64,000 nucleotides of DNA. Origin: Vicugna vicugna (Eukaryota). Position numbers and translations under genes: made by a program. The notes under the pieces were generated by a model that searched no databases, had not been told where the DNA came from, and saw only the letters and a list, made by a program, of their open reading frames with translations. Every line of letters starts with the position of its first letter. Within the stretch, counting starts at the first letter, position 1. Below are positions 1-13,193 of the stretch, piece by piece. The stretch lies in NCBI GenBank assembly GCA_013265495.1, contig MU057632.1, positions 108,054-172,053 of the forward strand, given 5' to 3'.

Positions 1-215
1 GTCCAAAGATGAGGGCACCAGAGGTTGCTGAGCCCCCCAGAAGCTGAGAGAAACACGGAATGGGTTCTCCCTCAGTGGCTCCAGAAGTGACCAACCCTAG
101 CGATACCTTGATTTCAAACTATTGGCCTCTTGAACTGGGGGAGACTAAATGTCTGTTGTGTTAAGCCACCCAGTTTGTGGTGATTCGTTCTCCCCTCCAG
201 GAGACTAACACAACA
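1..215 (+). mobile_element. MaLR (MLT1-like) LTR, 3' part
   Basis: ccagaagctg...accttgatttc...tgttgtgttaagccacccagtttgtggtgattcgtt...actaaca, typical MLT1 3' end. Confidence 0.75.
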
Positions 216-319
216 CTTTTCTTCCTGGTTCTTCACTCAGGGACCATGCTGCTGCTGATAATAGTAAATGAGTACTTTTTAGGGAAATTGGATTACCTGC
301 CAAGAACTTTAATTACTTG

Positions 320-470
320 CTATAAACCCCATGAGATTATATTACCCGCTATTCTACAGATTATGAGTTAGGCCGAGAACCCTGAGAAACTCGCCCAAGG
401 ACACCTGGAGACAAAGTGACGATCAGAATTCAAACCCAGGCAGTTGGGCTCTGGAGCTGCACTATTAAAC
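320..470. mobile_element. MIR fragment
   Basis: attctacagattatgag...cgcccaagg...gaattcaaacccaggcag resembles the MIR core. Confidence 0.55.
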
Positions 471-1974
471 CCCGAGTCTCACTTCTGACTCCTGCCAGAT
501 TTGTCTTCCTTGGTTGTCTTGTTGACACCTGGGTTCTCTCTCCTGAGTTGCATTTTCCTCACCGTGGCTGAGTGCCTGGCCATGGTGGCCTCAAGTGACG
601 TGACCACCAGCATAGGGAGAGACTCAGACTTGGAGCAGTGTGGTCCCCATGGCCCTGGGCTGAACAAGTCAGACTCTCCCAGGAGACCTGGAGACACACC
701 CTCCCCCGGAGGGAGGCAGGGGAGGGGGCTCACGTAGAGGCTGGGAGGCTGGCAGCACTGAGGCTGCCAGGCGCCACATGAGTGGTCCAGAAAGAGGAAA
801 GACCAAGCAATGCACTTCATCGGATTCCCAGTGCAGAAGTCACAGGAGGTTGTGAGCTGCGTTTCAAAATAGAGAGGGATGCGATTGTTTTCAGACTGCT
901 CTGCAGTCTGAACTCTAGTGAGAAGCTCTTCCAGCAAGGTCCCATCTTATACCTTGGAAACCTGGGGACACTGGAGAGGTTTCAGGAAGGCAGATCCTGC
1001 AATGCCTGAATCAGTGAATTACCTACTTGAAAATACAGTGTAACCAACCAACACATGATAATGCAAGCTCAGATAATTAAACAGAGTAACATACAGGGTC
1101 CTTTTATTATTAGGGGGTTAATGGAAAACTTTTTCATTAGGTACATGGTACAGTCACAATAAACACAAAAGTAAAGATAGTGAAACTGATGTTGGCACGG
1201 ACCGTAAATTAAAGTGAACGCTCCAAATGATGCCAAGACAGTTTTCTCCCAGCCCAGTGCTGCACCCCTCAGCTCTGACCTGCACCCCAGTGAGACCCTC
1301 AGTCTCTCCACCTTGTTCAGGGACAGGGCTGGCCAGAGGGTGGGAGTCCTTATATCCAAATGCATCTTATTACAGAATCTTACCATGCCACTTATCACTT
1401 GATTATTCAAGACATACATTGAGCTCTCTGTCTTTGAAAAAGTTTCTTTTTTTTTTTTTGGCAAGTCTGGTCAGAGCAAACTAATAGGAACTGTATCTTG
1501 GCCGGCCTGTCTGCTGATGCCAGGGCTGAGTTAGAGAATTCTTCTCCATATTTGAAAGCCACAAAGATGGGGACAATGCCATCTTTCTCTTTTATAAGTA
1601 TCTTGAGATGTCAATATTCTTTTCAATGAGGTTAAGACCACATTAAATATCTTTCTCCTGATTCCTAGAGGCTCAAAACCCTCTGTGAACTCTGACGCAC
1701 CTGGGTGGGGCGAAATTTTCAGCCAAGGCTGGCTCCGTGCTCTTCAACCACACTCCTGGCTCTCCACCCAGGTGTTTTGGGAAATGTGGCCATGTGATCC
1801 TCGCTCTGCACAAAACCTGGCCTTCACGGGCAGCGTGCGGATGGGGTGAGATGCTCCCCAAAGCACTGATCCCTGTGTGCGGTCCTCTCAGACTTGGTGG
1901 GCCTGTTGCAGGCCGCCCTAGTGCACGCATGGTCTGTGCTTTCAGGAAAAGAAGTTTAAAATGCAGCCCATTGA

Positions 1975-2090
1975 GGGGAGGGTATTGCTCAGTGGTACAG
2001 TGTGTGCTTAGCATGCATGAGGGTCTGGGTTCAATCCCCAGTGCCGCCATTAAAAATAAATGAAAAAAACTAATTATCCCCCCAAAAAGT
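1975..2090 (+). mobile_element. Vic-1-like tRNA-derived SINE
   Basis: ggggagggtattgctcagtggta (A box)...gggttcaatcccc (B box), A-rich tail. Confidence 0.85.
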
Positions 2091-2481
2091 AAATTACAAC
2101 CTGCTCTGTCTCCTGTGAATTAGCAGTGTTCAAGATTTGCTGTCAAATACTTGGTTTCCCTACATTTTGGACAATTCATTCCATAGCTTTTGGCAAGAAC
2201 CACTTAGACCATACATGACAAAGAAGGGGGGGTGTACACAATGTTCTGGAAACTTCTGCCATGTCCAAAGACTGTTCCCACTGTAAATTCTGCATCGGGA
2301 TGCAGCTGTTTATGAATGAAGGACAGGGAGTTTCCAGTTCTTTCTCTTGTCATCTTCTCTCACAGATAAGATTTCTTTTAACAATTTTTTAAAAGTTATA
2401 TTGCTTTTCTCTCTCTTTTTTCTTTTTTTAATTGAAGTATAGTCAGTTTACAGTGTTGTGAAACTTATACAACTATGCCTT

Positions 2482-2602
2482 TATTTTGGGGGGAGACTAA
2501 TTAGGTTTATTTATTTTTTTATTTAATGGAGGTACTGGGGACTGAACCCAGGACCTAGGGCATGCTAAGCATGTGCTCCACCATTGAGCTATACCCTCTC
2601 CC
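2482..2602 (-). mobile_element. Vic-1-like SINE
   Basis: reverse-complement SINE consensus aatggaggtactgggga...gagctataccctc. Confidence 0.85.
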
Positions 2603-2634
2603 TTCTTTTCACATTTCTTGATGAAATGATTACA

Positions 2635-2770
2635 ATCGTTTTCAACCTTGGCTGCAAGGTTAAATCACCCTGGAAGCATTTGAAAAAATCTCAGTACCCA
2701 GGATGGGCTGCAACCCAGGCCTCACAGCTTTTATAGAAGCTGCCCAGAGAAGTCCATGTGCAGCCAAGGA
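2635..2770. mobile_element. MER5A-like hAT DNA transposon relic
   Basis: ttttcaaccttggctgca...atgtgcagccaagg inverted ends. Confidence 0.55.
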
Positions 2771-2970
2771 GGGCCATGGATTGTCAGGGGAACATGGCGC
2801 CCCTGGTTTCTCCCAGCCAGAGCTGAGGAATGTGTCTGACTGACCTGCCATTGGACTCAAACAAGTTCTCCACGTTTCCCCTGGCACCACTAGTATATTT
2901 TACACAACTTGAGAGACTATAGGTGCTTCCCAAGACAACAGGAGATAATCACATCATCAGAAAACAGAAA

Positions 2971-3862
2971 GAGTTTGGTGCAGCCAGTATGGAAAACAGT
3001 ATGGAGATTCCTCAAAAAACTAGAAATAGGTTTACCATGTGATCTAGCAATCCCACCCTTGGGCATATACCTGGAGGGAACTCTAATTTGAAAAGATATA
3101 TGCACCCCAGTGTTCATAGCAGCACTATTGACAATAGCCAAGACATGGAAACAACCTAAATGTCCATCAACAGATGATTGGATAAAGAAGATGTGGTATA
3201 GTTATACAACGGAATACTACTCAGCCATAAAAAAGAATTAAATAAAAAGAATTAAGCCATTTGCAGCAACATGGATGGACCTGGAGATCATCATTCTGAA
3301 TGAAGTAAGGCAGAAAGAGAAAGAAAAATACCATATGAGATCACTTATATGTGGAATACAAAAAAAAAAAAGAAGAAGACAAACAAGCTTATTTACAAAA
3401 CAGAAACAAACAGACATAGAAAACAAACATATCCTTGTTTTGTTTGTTTTTCTGAGGGGGAGGTGGTTAGGTTTCTTCACTGATTTCCACGTGGAGGAGG
3501 TACTGGGGATTGAACCGGGACCTCCTGGGAGCTGAGCATGTGCTCTACCACTTGAGCTATATACCCTTCTACCCAAAACAAACTTATTGTTACCAGGGCA
3601 GGGGGAAACAGGTGGGAAGGGATACATTAGGAGTTCAAGATTTGTAGATACTAACTACTATATATAAAATAGATAAACAAAAAGTTTATACTGTGTAGCA
3701 TGGGGGACTATCTTCAGTATCTTGTAGTAATTTATGGTGAAAAAGAACATGAAAGGAATATATGTATGTTCCTGTATGACTGAAGCACTGTGCTGCACAC
3801 CAGAAATTGACACAATATTGTAAACTGACTAGACTTCAATAAAAATATATTAAAAAAAAAAA
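2971..3862 (+). mobile_element. L1 3' end (ORF2 C-terminus and 3' UTR) interrupted by a SINE
   Basis: [17 protein letters not shown] and MDLEIIILNEV peptides, L1 3' UTR, aataaa plus poly(A). Confidence 0.92.
3436..3574 (-). mobile_element. Vic-1-like SINE nested in L1
   Basis: SINE consensus flanked by duplicated aaaacaaac(a/t)tat. Confidence 0.85.
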
Positions 3863-4604
3863 GAAAACCAGCTAGGAGAGCATGTAATGAAAATAGCTGT
3901 ATTAGGGCATGAGATTACAGGGATGTATATTGCTTTACAAATTCCTTAAGGAATTTAAAGATTTTTTTCCATCACAAAAATAATACATGCTTTTTGAAGT
4001 AGATTATTTGAAAAAGAGAGAAACAATTAGAATGAAGAAAGAAAAATGTTCCCAAGTCCCAGAACTTAAAGGAAGACCACTATTTTAGTATGTTTCTTAT
4101 GGTAAAAGCATGAGGGCTACAAGTTCGCAATGCATTTTTATTTTGGAAATTTAAAAGACATATGCAATGATTCTATCCCACTGTGCTATGAGGAACACAC
4201 TTAAAACTGGCCACGATTAAGGATGGTGGTTACTAATTTATGACGTCCTGCTATGAATTACAATTTATTTTCCCAGGGTTCCTTCCTCCTGGGCTACGTG
4301 TCTTTCAATTACCTTTCCTCACTATCATTTCCCGACATCTTAAATATCACCCTAAATTTAGAGTGTACACTTGAGCCACGTGCTAGCTCAAAGGCAGCCC
4401 CTTTAATCCAGCAAGAGTTCAGAGTAACTGCTTGGGCTCTGATGCAGCAGCACAGTTTTACTTCACTACGTGCTTGGCTGGGGACTTTTTTCTCTTCTAT
4501 GCCAGGTGCTGCCAAGTCACCAAGACACACTGGGTCCTCAGGACACTAATAAGCACCCCAGAAAAATACTCCAGACAATATATTTTACTTACTTACTTAA
4601 TGTT

Positions 4605-4720
4605 TTTGTTTATTTATGTTTTTGTTTTCTTGGGGGGAAATAGGTTAGTTCATTAATTTAAAAAATGGAGATACTGGGGATTGAACCTGGGACCTGGTGC
4701 GTGTTAAGTACACACACTCT
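4605..4720 (-). mobile_element. Vic-1-like SINE, head truncated
   Basis: ggagatactggggattgaacctgggacc. Confidence 0.75.
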
Positions 4721-5837
4721 CTGCAGAAAATCTATTTTTTTGTTCTCAACTTTTTCCTTTTCAAAGAATTTTTTACTTTAACTTTGTTTTTTTTCTGTGA
4801 CAGTAATACATGCTCACTCTAGAAACTGTGAAATTTGAATTTTAAATTAAATCATAAAGAATGAGAAAAATCTGTTTATAGTTTGAACATGCTGGCAAAT
4901 CCTGTTCAATTTTGGCCTCTTCTCTCCCAGTATCTTTTCCTCTGCATCAACTGATACTTAATGTCAAAGTCAATTTCTCGACACAGACTGAAAGGTGAAC
5001 ATCTCTGGTTGCCAGGTGAGGGAACTTTATTCTGAGAGCTCAAAAGTCCTTATTCAGCCTCATCTTACTATACAGCTTTCCATCTCAAGCTCCAGCTACA
5101 CTGGACCTTGAACAGTTTCTCAAGGTGCTGTTTAAGCATTATTACCTTTAGACACTCTCCCAAGGGCTACTCTCTTTCCACCCTCATCCACTCTCCTCTT
5201 CAGTTTTTTTTTGGCTGGCAATCGGTGGGTGCTAAATCTGCAGTGGGCAGATTGTCATATGCATAGAGCACCACAAAAGCAAGGAGTACCAAAAAATGGG
5301 AAGAACATCAGAATATTTAGAACAAACCATTTACATTTCAGCATGCATATACTTCCTGAGCCATCTTGAAAACTAGAATTTCATTTTGCAGTTTAGCAAT
5401 GACTGTTATTTTGAGTTATTCAAAGCAGAGAGGGTGAGGTGTGCAGGGCAGCATGACAAGAGTTTCGAGCCTCAGATCCAGCCTTGCAAGGACAAGCCCT
5501 TTAAGAATCAACTACTTCCATGAAATGCACCTGCTCCCAAGACTGACTCAGCCTTGCCCTCATGCCTTATGGCTATTGCCACAGAGTATTAGATCTGATT
5601 GTTTCCAAGCTCTTTCCTTGCTAAATAGTTGTTTCCAAGCTCTTTCCTTGCTAGACAGTGATCTCTGTGAGAGCAGGGACCATGTCTTCCTGTCCATTTA
5701 TCCATCTACCATGTATCTTCTCATCCAGGGGCCTTTTGTTCCTGGAACACTGAGGGTGCAAAGACCGCCCCCGAAGACTTCTGTTTTGTCATGCAGGGCT
5801 TCCTCCTGACTTCAGTGAAGTCTGGATTTAGGATTTT

Positions 5838-5980
5838 TGTTTGTCTGTTTTTTTGTGGGGAAGGGGAGGTAATTAGGTTTGTTTGTTTATTCATTTATTT
5901 TTAATGGAGGCACTGGGGGTTGAACCTAGGACCTCGTACGTGCTAAGCATGTGCTCTACCACTGAGCTATATCTTCCCCC
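5838..5980 (-). mobile_element. Vic-1-like SINE with 15-bp target-site duplication
   Basis: tggatttaggatttt at 5823-5837 and 5981-5995. Confidence 0.9.
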
Positions 5981-6515
5981 TGGATTTAGGATTTTAAAAG
6001 TATGTGAACTCTGTGGTTGGTGGCTGGCCCTGAACTGTGTTCTTGTTCACTTGGTGAATCATCTCTTGGAGGTCAAGGGACCAGTGTCCTCACGGAAGAT
6101 GTTGTCATCCCAGAGGTCACGACGGCCCCCGTTTCTCAACTCTGTTCAGAGATGGCTGAAGAACTCCTTGGGCACTTGGTGGCATGGAGGTGTGGGTCCT
6201 TCATTTTATTAATACAAGCTATCATTCATTCAGTCCTTGTATGTGAGGCGGTTCACAAATCTGAACTGTAATTGAAAAGATTGTAATGCCAGATTGCAAC
6301 TACTGTGCAACTATGTCTCCATTTTACAGATGGAGAAGCCGCAGCTCAGTGTGAAAGATGATGTAAGGGGGCCCTTTTACATGGAGCTGGAGCAGCAATC
6401 ACCTCACATGTCCAGTTTCCTGAACCTGTGAGCTGAGCCAAACTGCCAGCCCTTTAAGAATTCAGTAAGAATGAGAAAATCCCATTGAAGGGTCTGATAA
6501 AAACGAACATTTAGT

Positions 6516-6627
6516 GGGGGGAGGGCATAGCCCAGTAGTAGAGAGGATGCTTAGCATTCATGAGGTCTGGGGTTCAATTCCCAGTACCTCCATTAAAAAA
6601 ACTGAAAATAAATTAAAAAAAAAAAGA
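6516..6627 (+). mobile_element. Vic-1-like SINE
   Basis: ggggggagggcatagcccagtagtagag...ggttcaattcccagtacctccatt. Confidence 0.85.
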
Positions 6628-6629
6628 AC

Positions 6630-6880
6630 TGTTACCTAGTGACCCCTTGCCTGACTAGTCAGTGAAGTACAAATCAAGCTTGGCTTGGCAGCACCAGTGA
6701 ACTCTTCCTAAAAACAACTTAACCTCATCTTTCTCTTTTTTTTTTTCCTATTAAAAAACCCTGGTCCCCACTCCTGTAATTGGGTTTCTACCTAAAAACG
6801 TATACCTCAAATTGCAACTCTTTGATCCCAAATAAATGCTTTGTCTCTTGAACTGGTTCCTTGTTTTTTGGGGGGTTGAC
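6630..6880 (+). mobile_element. Probable ERV LTR 3' portion
   Basis: TATA-like tattaaaa, aataaa, ends gggttgaca. Confidence 0.45.
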
Positions 6881-6999
6881 ATCAGCAAAATTAGACGGCC
6901 TGCCCAAGACACGGGTTACTAAGGGCAGAGCCGTCCTTTTAAAATTGGGATCATGTCTCAGCACACAAATCTCCAGTGGCCCCGCATTTTCTCTTAACC

Positions 7000-8600
7000 A
7001 CGTACAGCCTGAATTTTGAGAACCCACCGGCACCTGGCACCAACATGAAATGGCAAACCTCCAAGATTTACTGAGCATCTGAGAGCTTCCAACGCAAGAG
7101 CAAAATCAACGAGAAATGAAGGAAAAGAAAGCACAGCCATTAAAATCTTCCCAGAGATAAGGCAAGGCACTGTATCTATGAAACAAAAACAGGAAGTTAA
7201 AATAGGGGACACGTCGTGAACAGCAACAGCAATAAAGAACCTTAGGGACGGTAGGTGTGGATGATGAGGCTGGCCCAGACTCCTAGAAAACAGAACGAAA
7301 GACAAAGAGGTGGGAAACGGGAGAGGAAAGAAACAGTCAGTCCACAAACAGTCAATTTCCACACAAGACAACAGAGAAAATAAAGGGAAGAGGTCATTAA
7401 AAAAAGAGAGATTCCAGAACAGAAGGTCATAAATGACCAACTTGAATTGATCCCTCTTGTGGACATGAATACACCCCTACCCAGGAATATCATTATGAAA
7501 ATTCAGAACACTGGGGATGAAACGTGGATCCTACAAAATCCCAAGGATAAAACACCACCACACCACTGGTCACGTACAAACAGCAGAATGGCTTTGGGCT
7601 GAGGGCTGGAAACAGGCAAGCGAGGGTGTGATGCTTTCAAAAATCCAAAGGAACATTATTTCCAGCCTAAAATCAACACCAAGCCAATCTATTGAGCAGC
7701 ATGAGGATGGAAAAGCCATTTTTGGACCTGCAAGGTCTCAAAAGACTTGCTTTTTTTATGCTCTTCCTCAGGAATGCGCTGGGAGATGCACGCCACCAAA
7801 ATGGGGAAGTAAACTGAGAGGATGGCCGTGCACCAGGTGGAGCTGGAAACCTGTCCAGGCAGGGCTCTTGTGAACCGAGGTGCAGGCATGTTGACAGCTG
7901 TCAGCATTATGCCCGGGGTCATCATACCCTCTATAAGAATTTTACTTTCTGAAATAAGGGAGTGAATCAAGAAAGGTGAAAACGTGAGACCCTGTAAACC
8001 GGGAATGCACTCTAGAAGAAAATAAAAAGGAAGTTGAAAGATTGTATCTGTGTAGCAGGCTCAGAGAGCTGAGAGGGGGATGGGGTTTCCTGAACATCTT
8101 CTCCAAGAAAAATCACGGTGGAACTGATCGGTTAACTGATGCACTTGACCTTGTGGAAAATTCTCCTCAGAGATTTTGGGAAGAAGTGGGAAGAATGAAA
8201 ACAAAACCAGGAACAAATAAGACATCTCTTTACTATACGACAGGAAAAGCAAACAGTGGTAGTGCAACATAATACATAGGTATAATGTAGACATTGAACT
8301 TGGGCGTATCAAAAACTTGCAAAACCTAGGTTGGAAGGAGGGGAGGATCTGCAGAAGGGAAACAGTGAAAAAAGAGCTAAATCTTCATTTACTAGAATTT
8401 TAAGTTAATAGAAAATGTTCAGAATTGATTAATCAGAAGTTAGCTGTACGCACATGAAAAAATATGGACATTTGTAAATATCAGAAAAAACAACCCCAAA
8501 ATAGAAATGGTTGCTTCTGGAAAGGAGGTCTGAGGGTACAGTGGGAGAATTGAGGGAGGGAAACATCATATCCTGATAAAAAGAGCTTGTATTATTTGAC
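7000..8600 (+). mobile_element. Ancient L1M/HAL1-like ORF1-region relic
   Basis: A-rich degenerate coding-like sequence with acccctaccaggaatatcattatgaaaattcagaacactgggga, resembling old L1 ORF1. Confidence 0.5.
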
Positions 8601-8651
8601 TTTTTATTTTATTATTTTATTTTTATTTTTTAAAGCCCATTATTTTATCCT

Positions 8652-8792
8652 TGTTTTTTTGGGGGGGGAGGGGTAATTAAGTTTATTTATTTACTTACTT
8701 ATTATTATTATTTTTAACGGAGGTACTAGGGATTGAACCCAGGACCTCGTGCATGCTGAGCACACACTGCCCCTGAGCTATACCCTCCACCC
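8652..8792 (-). mobile_element. Vic-1-like SINE
   Basis: reverse-complement SINE consensus. Confidence 0.85.
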
Positions 8793-8829
8793 ATTTTATT
8801 ATTTTAAATTAAACCTTCAATTTTGTTAG

Positions 8830-10530
8830 CTGTAACTATAAATACAAATTTGTAATTGTGGAGTCATATGCAAGACATAATACTAAGATCCCGTGTACCC
8901 TTTACTCAGTTTCCCCCAGTGATACCATCTCACACAGCTATAGTACAATGTGCAATATCACAACCAGGATATTAACATTGATGCAGTCAAGATGCGGAAC
9001 ATATCCTTCACCACACGGGGTCCTCACGTTGCCCTTTTTGAGCCACACTCCCTGTGACTTGGGGCAACCACTAATCTGATTTCCATTTGTATAATGTTGT
9101 CATTTTGAGAATGTTACAGAAATAGAATCATATAGTATGTGACCTCTTGAAATTAGCTTTTTTCCCCCACTCACTATAATTCCCTCAAGATTCAGCCAAG
9201 TTGTTCTTATCAATAGTGTGCTCACCTTAACTGTCGAATACTATTCCATGGTAGGCATGTCACCTGTTGAATGACATCTGGGTTATTCCCAGGTTTTAGT
9301 TATTGTAAAGATGCTATGAACACTGTGGTTTTCATTTTGCTGTAATAAATGCCAATTGCTTGGTCATATAGTAAGTGCATGTTTAGTTTTATAAGAAACA
9401 ACCAAGCTGCTTTCCTAACTGACTGTATCATTCTGCACCCCCACCAGCAACACAGGAGAAATCCAGCTTCTCAGCATCCTCCCCAGCATATTGTGTTGTC
9501 ACTATTTTTTTATTTTGGGCATGCCGATAGGTGTATAGGTGTGTAGTGGTATCTCTGGTAGTTTTAATTGGCATGTTCCCAGTAACTAATGAATTTAAAT
9601 ATCTTTTCATGTGCCTATCAGACATCTGTATATCTGCTGCAGTGAATGTCTGTTTCTGCTTTTTGATATTTTCTAACTCAATATATATATGTACGTATAT
9701 ATGCATATACATATATATTTACTGTTGAGTCTTGAGTTTTCTTTCTGTATTCTAGGTATTAGTCTATATTGTGAGACAGGAGGGGCGGGGGCAGGGCACA
9801 ACCATTAAAAGAATGACACAGCCATTAGCGCCAAGATGGGGGAAGAGTCAACTCCCAGTAGACCCTGAGCTTCCATATATGGTCACTGCAATACAATAGC
9901 TGCTAATGGCACTCCCACAGGTGCCACGAAGGTTCTGAGGCTGACCATAAGCAGTTAAAAAGTGGGTGATGGCCCAAGTCCTGGGAACCCCAACCCCTTC
10001 CCCAAAGTAGCTGGAATAATCCCCCCACTTGTTAGCATGTGAGGTTACTGAGCCCATGAAAACTAACAACCCCACCACCTGGTGGCCGCTCTCCCTTCTG
10101 AGTGAGGTGGCCTGAACTCTGCCTATGGAATGTGTAACTCCTAGGCCTTTCTCTTGCCTTCTGAGGCAGCCTGTCTTTGGAGGGTACATCTCTGAATAAA
10201 TCTACCTTTATTCAACTGTGCCTCGCTCTTGAATTCGTTCCTGCTCAAAGCCAAGGACCCTCACACGGTGGGGTGAACCCGAGGGACTCAAATCAGACCT
10301 GGGACTTTGCCATCCTCTCCTGCCCTGTTTTTCCCTGTATCAGTTGCATACGTGGTTTGCAAATATTTTCTTAGTCTACAACTTGTCTTTTCATCCTCTT
10401 AACAAGGTACTTTGCAGAGCAAAGTTTTTAATTTCCATGAAGTCTACCCTTATCAATTTTCCTTTTCTAGATTGTGCTTTTGGTGCCAAGTCTAGAAACT
10501 CTTGTGCTTAGCTGCTAAGGATTTTCTGTT
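8830..10530 (-). mobile_element. Old L1M element interrupted by an LTR
   Basis: caaccactaatctg, gaatcatatagtatgt, gttttaattggcat...aatgaatt; resumes after the LTR at gtggtttgcaaatattttc. Confidence 0.75.
9772..10342 (+). mobile_element. ERV1-type solo LTR (about 570 bp)
   Basis: TG...CA ends (tgagacagg...ctgtatca), aataaa near 10195, imperfect 4-bp flanks attg/gttg, GC boxes near the 5' end. Confidence 0.75.
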
Positions 10531-10534
10531 ACTA

Positions 10535-10645
10535 TTTTTTTTTAATTTAAATTTTTTTTCTCTTTAATGGAGGCACTGGGGATTAAACCCAGGACCTTGT
10601 ATATGCCAAGCACACACTCTACCACTGAGCTATACCACCCACCCC
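10535..10645 (-). mobile_element. Vic-1-like SINE
   Basis: reverse-complement SINE consensus. Confidence 0.8.
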
Positions 10646-10744
10646 TCTCTCTTTTGTTTTCTTCTAAAGGTTTTATAGCTTTATATATCACATTTACATC
10701 CATGAATCATTTTTGTTCATCATTATTATTTGACTTTAAAAAAT

Positions 10745-10843
10745 TTTTAATTTATTTTGTTACTGGAGGTACTGGGTATTGAACCCAGGACCTCATGCAC
10801 GCTAAACATGCACTCCACCACCAAGCCATACCCACCCCACCCC
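10745..10843 (-). mobile_element. Vic-1-like SINE
   Basis: reverse-complement SINE consensus. Confidence 0.8.
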
Positions 10844-11154
10844 ACAATTATTTGACTTTTAAAACTAGGCAAATGTATTACTTTGGTAAAACAAAAATTC
10901 TTTGAAAAAAATCTAAAATGCTCATGAAATAATATTGGTTCCTATGACTTGTGACACAGTCTATTTCCTGTTCTGTCCTGCCCCATCCCATCTTGTTCCA
11001 CACCTTCCCACCTCATCTTGTTTCATTTCATTAAAAAAAATGCTACTCATAACTGATTAATTTGATTTCATGACACTCTACCATAGAGTGAAAAGTACTG
11101 TAGAAACCGTCTTTTCTACCTGATGCACACACCCCTCATTTTTACTTCTTTTCG

Positions 11155-11310
11155 TTATTTTATACAATGGAATACTATTCAGCCATAAAAACTGAAAACA
11201 TAATGCCATTTGCAGCAACATGGATGTTCCTGGAGAATGTCATTCTAAGTGAAGTAAGCCAGAAGGAGAAAGAAACATATGAGATGAGATCACTCATATG
11301 TCGAATCTTT
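11155..11310 (+). mobile_element. L1 ORF2 C-terminal fragment
   Basis: [36 protein letters not shown], close to the young L1 at 49-51 kb. Confidence 0.9.
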
Positions 11311-11324
11311 TCTCTTAAAAAAAT

Positions 11325-11459
11325 TTTTTTTCATTTAAAATTTTTTATTTTTGTGGGGGAGGCAACTAGGTTTATTTATTTATTAATGATGGTACTGGGG
11401 ATCAAACCCAGGACCTCATGCATGCTAAGCACATGCTCTACCACTGAGCTATACTCTCC
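11325..11459 (-). mobile_element. Vic-1-like SINE
   Basis: reverse-complement SINE consensus. Confidence 0.85.
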
Positions 11460-12852
11460 TGCTATTTCTCCTTTTCTAACTTCTCTATTATCAGTTCTGT
11501 CTCAGAACTGATATTTTAAAGTCTCATTTTAAGAAAAACACTCACTGCTCTGTGGCACAAAAGAGGAAAACTCTTTTTTTGTCCTGAAGTTTCTTACCTG
11601 CTCCCTGTCACACACGTGTCCCCTACCAGGTAGCACACAGAAATGCGGGCAGTCTGCAGCCTACTTCATATAATAGCTCTACGTACAAGAGAGGGCACTG
11701 GGCGTGCTGAACACCAGTCGGAAAATTTAAAGTCTGGGAAATGAGAGTTACTCTTGTCACTTTCTCTTTAAAGTTTTGTACCTCTCTACAGTCACCTCAG
11801 AAACAGAACACCACACCCTGTTCTTCACAAAACTATATCCTTGATAACTTCCTAAAATGTGATTTAGCTCAACTTCCAGCACAAACATTTAGCACACACC
11901 TGATTATTCCACAGTAGATAAAACAGACCATGCACCATGCCTGCTGACCACAGAAACTCAGGGGATTCAGTCAAAAATGGTAATCTAGACGTGTCTACCA
12001 AATTCACTAGCCAGCCCTCTTGCAATGTGGAAAAGCTGACTTTTATTGTGTTTGTTCTCAGGCTTGCTAATTAGCAACATTCAGAGATACTAATTCACAC
12101 CAACGAGGGATTTATTATATCAGATACTAGTGCACTTGAGCGTTTTCTCTGTAAGATTAAAGATCCCACTTACACTGAGTAGATAATTCATGCATTATCA
12201 GCATCTTAAATTATGTTAATTATGATACAGATTTCTCTGAGATGCTCTGTCAATTAACCTCGCTTACTGGTTAGCAGAAGTTCTGGCAGATTTTCATGGA
12301 ATAGTTCCTGACACTTAATTAAAAGGAGTCTTTCTGTTTTGAGTGATGATATGAAACAGTAGAGAGTTTTCACAACTAATACGGTCTCTTTGCTAAAATC
12401 GCTGATCACACTACACCGTAAAAATGCCTAGTAACTTCCCATAAGGTGAGAAGGAAAACATTTTCTTAAAAATTCTTCTTTCTAATTGCATATGTTATAT
12501 ATTCACCATATTTATTCAAATGGGAACACTGGAGTATGTTTTTATACATTTTTAAAAAATTATTGCAACTCTAAGGCAAACCACCAGTTTCATTACCTTC
12601 TTAAAAAAATCACTCAAAAACCGAGTTCACTGAATACTTCAGCATTCAGGAATTCAGCAATAAACACTTTTAATAATATCACACTCTGTGCTTCGCTGAT
12701 GCATCACATTTGTGTAGGGGCTTTTTATAATCCTAAGCAATTTCTGTCAATTGACCCCTGAATAACTAAGTATTAAATCATTTATTTGTTCATTATCTGT
12801 TAATTATTCAATCACAATAAAAAGTTTCTTATTTATTTGTTATTGAATATAG

Positions 12853-13004
12853 TTTTTTTTTTGCGCTTTTTTGGTTTGTTTTGGGGGGAGGTAGTTAGGG
12901 TTGCTTATTTATTTATATATTTCCTTAATGGAGGTTCTGGGGATTGAACCCAGGACCTCGTGCCTGCTAAGCATGCACTCTGTCACTGAGCTACACCCTC
13001 CCCC
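12853..13004 (-). mobile_element. Vic-1-like SINE
   Basis: reverse-complement SINE consensus. Confidence 0.85.
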
Positions 13005-13104
13005 AACAACAAATATTTTCAAAGCAACTACTGTGTGCTATGTACTGTGCTGTCAAACAGTAAATCAGTGTGTTTCTTCCAGAACAAATTAATTATTCCT
13101 GGCA

Positions 13105-13193
13105 TTTTTCTTTAAAAGGAGGTACCAGGGTTTGAACCCAGGACCTTGTGCATGCTAAGCATGTGCCCTGCCACTGAGCTATTCCCACCACCC
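13105..13193 (-). mobile_element. Vic-1-like SINE, short tail
   Basis: ggaggtaccagggtttgaacccaggacc...gagctattccc. Confidence 0.8.

Noticed and set aside
479..937. 152-aa and other short ORFs in the track
   Set aside because: No domain similarity or coherent splice structure; intronic or repeat-derived chance ORFs, many from non-ATG starts.
1975..2050. tRNA-like sequences with A and B boxes (many copies)
   Set aside because: SINE heads with AT-rich tails and target-site duplications, not tRNA genes.
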